This document shows positions 48,082-50,389 of a DNA stretch of 50,389 bases, piece after piece. The translations under genes and the position numbers were made by a program. Within the stretch, counting starts at the first letter, position 1, and every line of letters begins with the position of its first letter. The notes under the pieces are model-generated. The model searched no databases, had not been told where the DNA came from, and saw only the letters and a list, made by a program, of their open reading frames with translations. The stretch is from an uncultured Mycoplasmatota bacterium. Its GTDB lineage: Bacteria; Bacillota_I; Bacilli_A; RF39; UBA660. Where the stretch lies: positions 1 to 50,389 of the forward strand of contig CANPJT010000004.1 of NCBI GenBank assembly GCA_947574255.1, in the 5' to 3' direction.

Positions 48082-49345
48082 TAATCAAATAAGGATTATC
48101 TAAAGTTCCTTTTCCGCTTACATAAGTCTTTTTATTTAAATTAATAACTGGTTTTAATCCTCTATAAAAATTACCTGTACTTTCATTTTTTAAAATTCCT
48201 GTTTGATCTATTTCAAAATAAGTAATTGCTGAATTATTATTACTTGCTGGCGTTAAAGTCCACCAAGAATAATCTTTTCCCGGAGTATACATATAAAATT
48301 CGGTATTAGCACCATTTTTAGAAGCACCAGCAAATACAGCTTCGTCTGCTGATATTAAACCAATTTTAGAACTGTATTGATTGCCTAAACAATTATTTAC
48401 TTGATTATAATCTGTTAAAAGGCGAGAATATCCTAAATAATATGTATTAGTACCATCTGAATTCACAACAGAATCATCAACACAGTATTTAGCAGTTGTA
48501 ATATATTTTTCATAACCATTTAAATTATATTTATACCAATCTTCTAATGTTTTGTTTACATTTGATTGCAAAAAATTTAATTTTTCTTCTATTGTTTTTT
48601 CGCTATTATCATCATAATAGTTTACTTTTTCTTCCAAATAATTATTTAAAATCAATTTTACACTACCATCTCCATTTACCTTGACTATACGCCATATAAA
48701 ATTAGCAAATGAAACATAATTGTTAGGAATTGATCCACGAAAGTAATAAGATATTCCTTCTTCATCATCTAATTCAATTAAACCTTCAGTAGTTACTGCT
48801 ACTTCTTCTCCTATTTTAGTTAAAGGTTCTTTTTTGATTTCGTTATCACTTACAATAGTTGAACCAAAATCTTTTTCTTTCGCATCCTCAAGACCAACTT
48901 TTATATTGGCTTTCAAACTAGAACCAATATTTTCTAAAATAGTTAAAGTATAAGTATGGGTTGAAAATGGTTCTATTTCTATTGAACTTAATAAAAATTC
49001 ATCGTTTTCAGGATAATCAGTTTCCAATATATTTATTTTTTTATTATTCTCAGCTAAAGTATATCTTATATCTTTTTTACTTTTATTAATTTCATTCGTT
49101 TCAATATAGTAGTATAAATTATCCTCTGAATTATTAGTTACTGATATTTTATACTCTTTTTGGCTACCATTAGTGCTAATTAAGTTTCCATCTAAATAAT
49201 TAACTGATAAACCATTATCAACAAGAACTAAGGCTACTTCTTCTTGTTCAGTTTTTAAATATTTAACATATGAACAAGCAATCAATAGTAAGAAAACTAA
49301 CATAATACTGATAATATTCAAACTTATTTTGTATACTTTCCTCAT
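48074..49345 (-). CDS. Membrane-anchored extracellular protein, DUF6273-like C-terminal domain
   Basis: N-terminal TM; YYFRG..NNYV.F..WRIV..NGDGSVKLI, KIGLISADE, WWTLTP, LKPVINL, G.GT..NPY. Confidence 0.65.
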   Translation of the reverse strand: MRKVYKISLNIISIMLVFLLLIACSYVKYLKTEQEEVALVLVDNGLSVNYLDGNLISTNGSQKEYKISVTNNSEDNLYYYIETNEINKSKKDIRYTLAENNKKINILETDYPENDEFLLSSIEIEPFSTHTYTLTILENIGSSLKANIKVGLEDAKEKDFGSTIVSDNEIKKEPLTKIGEEVAVTTEGLIELDDEEGISYYFRGSIPNNYVSFANFIWRIVKVNGDGSVKLILNNYLEEKVNYYDDNSEKTIEEKLNFLQSNVNKTLEDWYKYNLNGYEKYITTAKYCVDDSVVNSDGTNTYYLGYSRLLTDYNQVNNCLGNQYSSKIGLISADEAVFAGASKNGANTEFYMYTPGKDYSWWTLTPASNNNSAITYFEIDQTGILKNESTGNFYRGLKPVINLNKKTYVSGKGTLDNPYLIKE

Positions 49346-49373
49346 CTATCATCCATCCTCTATTATTATATTA

Positions 49374-49402
49374 AGTATAACAATAGCTTTATGACTTGTC
49401 AA
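49374..49402 (-). promoter_or_regulatory. Near-consensus sigA promoter
   Basis: TTGACA-17 nt-TATACT with TG extension. Confidence 0.8.
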
Positions 49403-49655
49403 ACTTCAAAGTATAAATGTGTAAAGTAAAAATGTAAATAAAAAATAAAGATGTTTAAATCTTTTTTAATAAATACAATATAACTAAAAATTTTTATTTT
49501 CCTCATAATTCATCTTTCTTCTATTTATTCTAATTTTAAAGTTATTTGTAGCTAATTCATTATTTCAAAATTATTGTAATGAAATATATTTTAAAAAATA
49601 TAAAAAATAATATACTAATAATTTACATACTATAAATAAATTAATCTTATTTAAA

Positions 49656-50387
49656 TTATTTTAAAACAAAAGGTCTATCACTTGTACCATTATTTCTACT
49701 GGAAACTTTTAAATCTGAGTTTAAATAAATAGTTGGGAAAACATTTCGCAACATATCAGTACTATGACTAGTCATATAAGCATTAGTATCTATGCCAACA
49801 ATAGCATAACTAAAATATGAAAAAGAAGTCATTGTCCATATAATATCTTTATCTAACAACCAATCATTATTAAAACAATCACTCATCGAATTCCATGAAC
49901 GAAGCCTTGTATTCAAACATACACTTCTATCATTTGTTGCTCCCCCATTTGTTGCATATCCATAATCACTTAAGTATATTAATCCTATACTACCTGTCCA
50001 TTTCGTTGCATGTCCACCATATACATTTGTTCCTCTTTCTCTTTCATAAAACGTTTTTGTAGTTACATCTTCATATGTACTACTTCCTCCTAAATTCCAT
50101 ACTGATTCACTTATCATTTCTTTAGCTAAACTTGTTAATCCTATTTCACTAAAATCACATGATTTTGTTACTCCATTTTGTCCATATGGACAATTGCCAC
50201 TTGTTCTATTATAGTATGCTCCTTCATTTAAGACTTTTTGTAAAGTGCTATCACTCCAATCATTACTTCCATAATTACTTGTTGATGATCCTACCCCACT
50301 TGGTTTATTATCCCATGAATATGCTCCTATACTTTCACTTCTTATTAGTTTGACTTTATCTTCTTTTGTTCCATCAGGATTCTCTAT
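49656..50387 (-). CDS. DUF6273-like extracellular protein, C-terminal part (5' end beyond window)
   Basis: Frame open to window edge (KVKLIRSESIGAYSWD...NDWSDSTLQKVLN...), IGLIYLSDYGYA, WTMT, VFPTIYL, NGTSDRPF; paralogous to previous gene. Confidence 0.7.
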   Translation of the reverse strand: MENPDGTKEDKVKLIRSESIGAYSWDNKPSGVGSSTSNYGSNDWSDSTLQKVLNEGAYYNRTSGNCPYGQNGVTKSCDFSEIGLTSLAKEMISESVWNLGGSSTYEDVTTKTFYERERGTNVYGGHATKWTGSIGLIYLSDYGYATNGGATNDRSVCLNTRLRSWNSMSDCFNNDWLLDKDIIWTMTSFSYFSYAIVGIDTNAYMTSHSTDMLRNVFPTIYLNSDLKVSSRNNGTSDRPFVLK

Positions 50388-50389
50388 AT

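Noticed and set aside
49420-49438. TGTAAA repeats as a second site for the 10480-11256 HTH protein
   Set aside because: Different spacing (13 vs 10 bp), and the hexamer is expected frequently by chance at this AT content
3952-50353. Short antisense ORFs (3952, 7745, 14055, 21216, 26784, 27399, 30591, 30853, 34014, 36055, 36262, 40424, 50159)
   Set aside because: Lie opposite well-supported genes, have no motifs and show composition typical of shadow frames
48074-50389. Diversity-generating retroelement
   Set aside because: No reverse transcriptase or template/variable repeat pair visible in the window
1-50389. Mycoplasma-type genetic code (UGA=Trp) suggested by very low GC
   Set aside because: Conserved genes are full length under code 11, Trp is TGG, and TGA terminates genes such as herA, rarA and sigA

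Overview
Very AT-rich chromosomal segment from a low-GC Bacilli (Firmicutes) genome using the standard code (TGA is stop, e.g. herA). Gene content and the many orphan proteins suggest an uncultured gut Bacilli lineage such as RF39; that assignment is inference. The window appears to span the replication terminus: a canonical 28-bp dif site at 9307-9334 lies 1.8 kb from xerD, and gene orientation is mostly + to its left and 34 of 41 on - to its right. Core genes include gatB (partial), 6S RNA-tcdA, gpsA, rarA, mnmA, dnaG-sigA-trmK, uvrC, ldh, copZ-copA, trxA, rnhC and mtaB. There are also type IV pilus/competence genes (PilB/ComGA, PilC, prepilin peptidase) and sporulation-type genes. The most notable observations are: (1) a stand-alone, degenerate RnfC/RnfD-like pair lacking its flavin/NADH motifs but keeping 2x[4Fe-4S] cysteines; (2) an NDT + NDT-like + Nudix + truncated Fic cassette; (3) an unannotated 46-aa N/R/Q-rich peptide with its own sigG-like promoter, RBS and terminator (SASP-like); (4) a leader-peptide translational attenuator upstream of an ABC-F; (5) a structured terminator-containing leader upstream of a MATE fusion; (6) a sortase with a Cys-less thioester-domain substrate; (7) orphan HEXXH proteins and a partnerless HerA. 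No CRISPR array, rRNA, tRNA or intact mobile element was seen.
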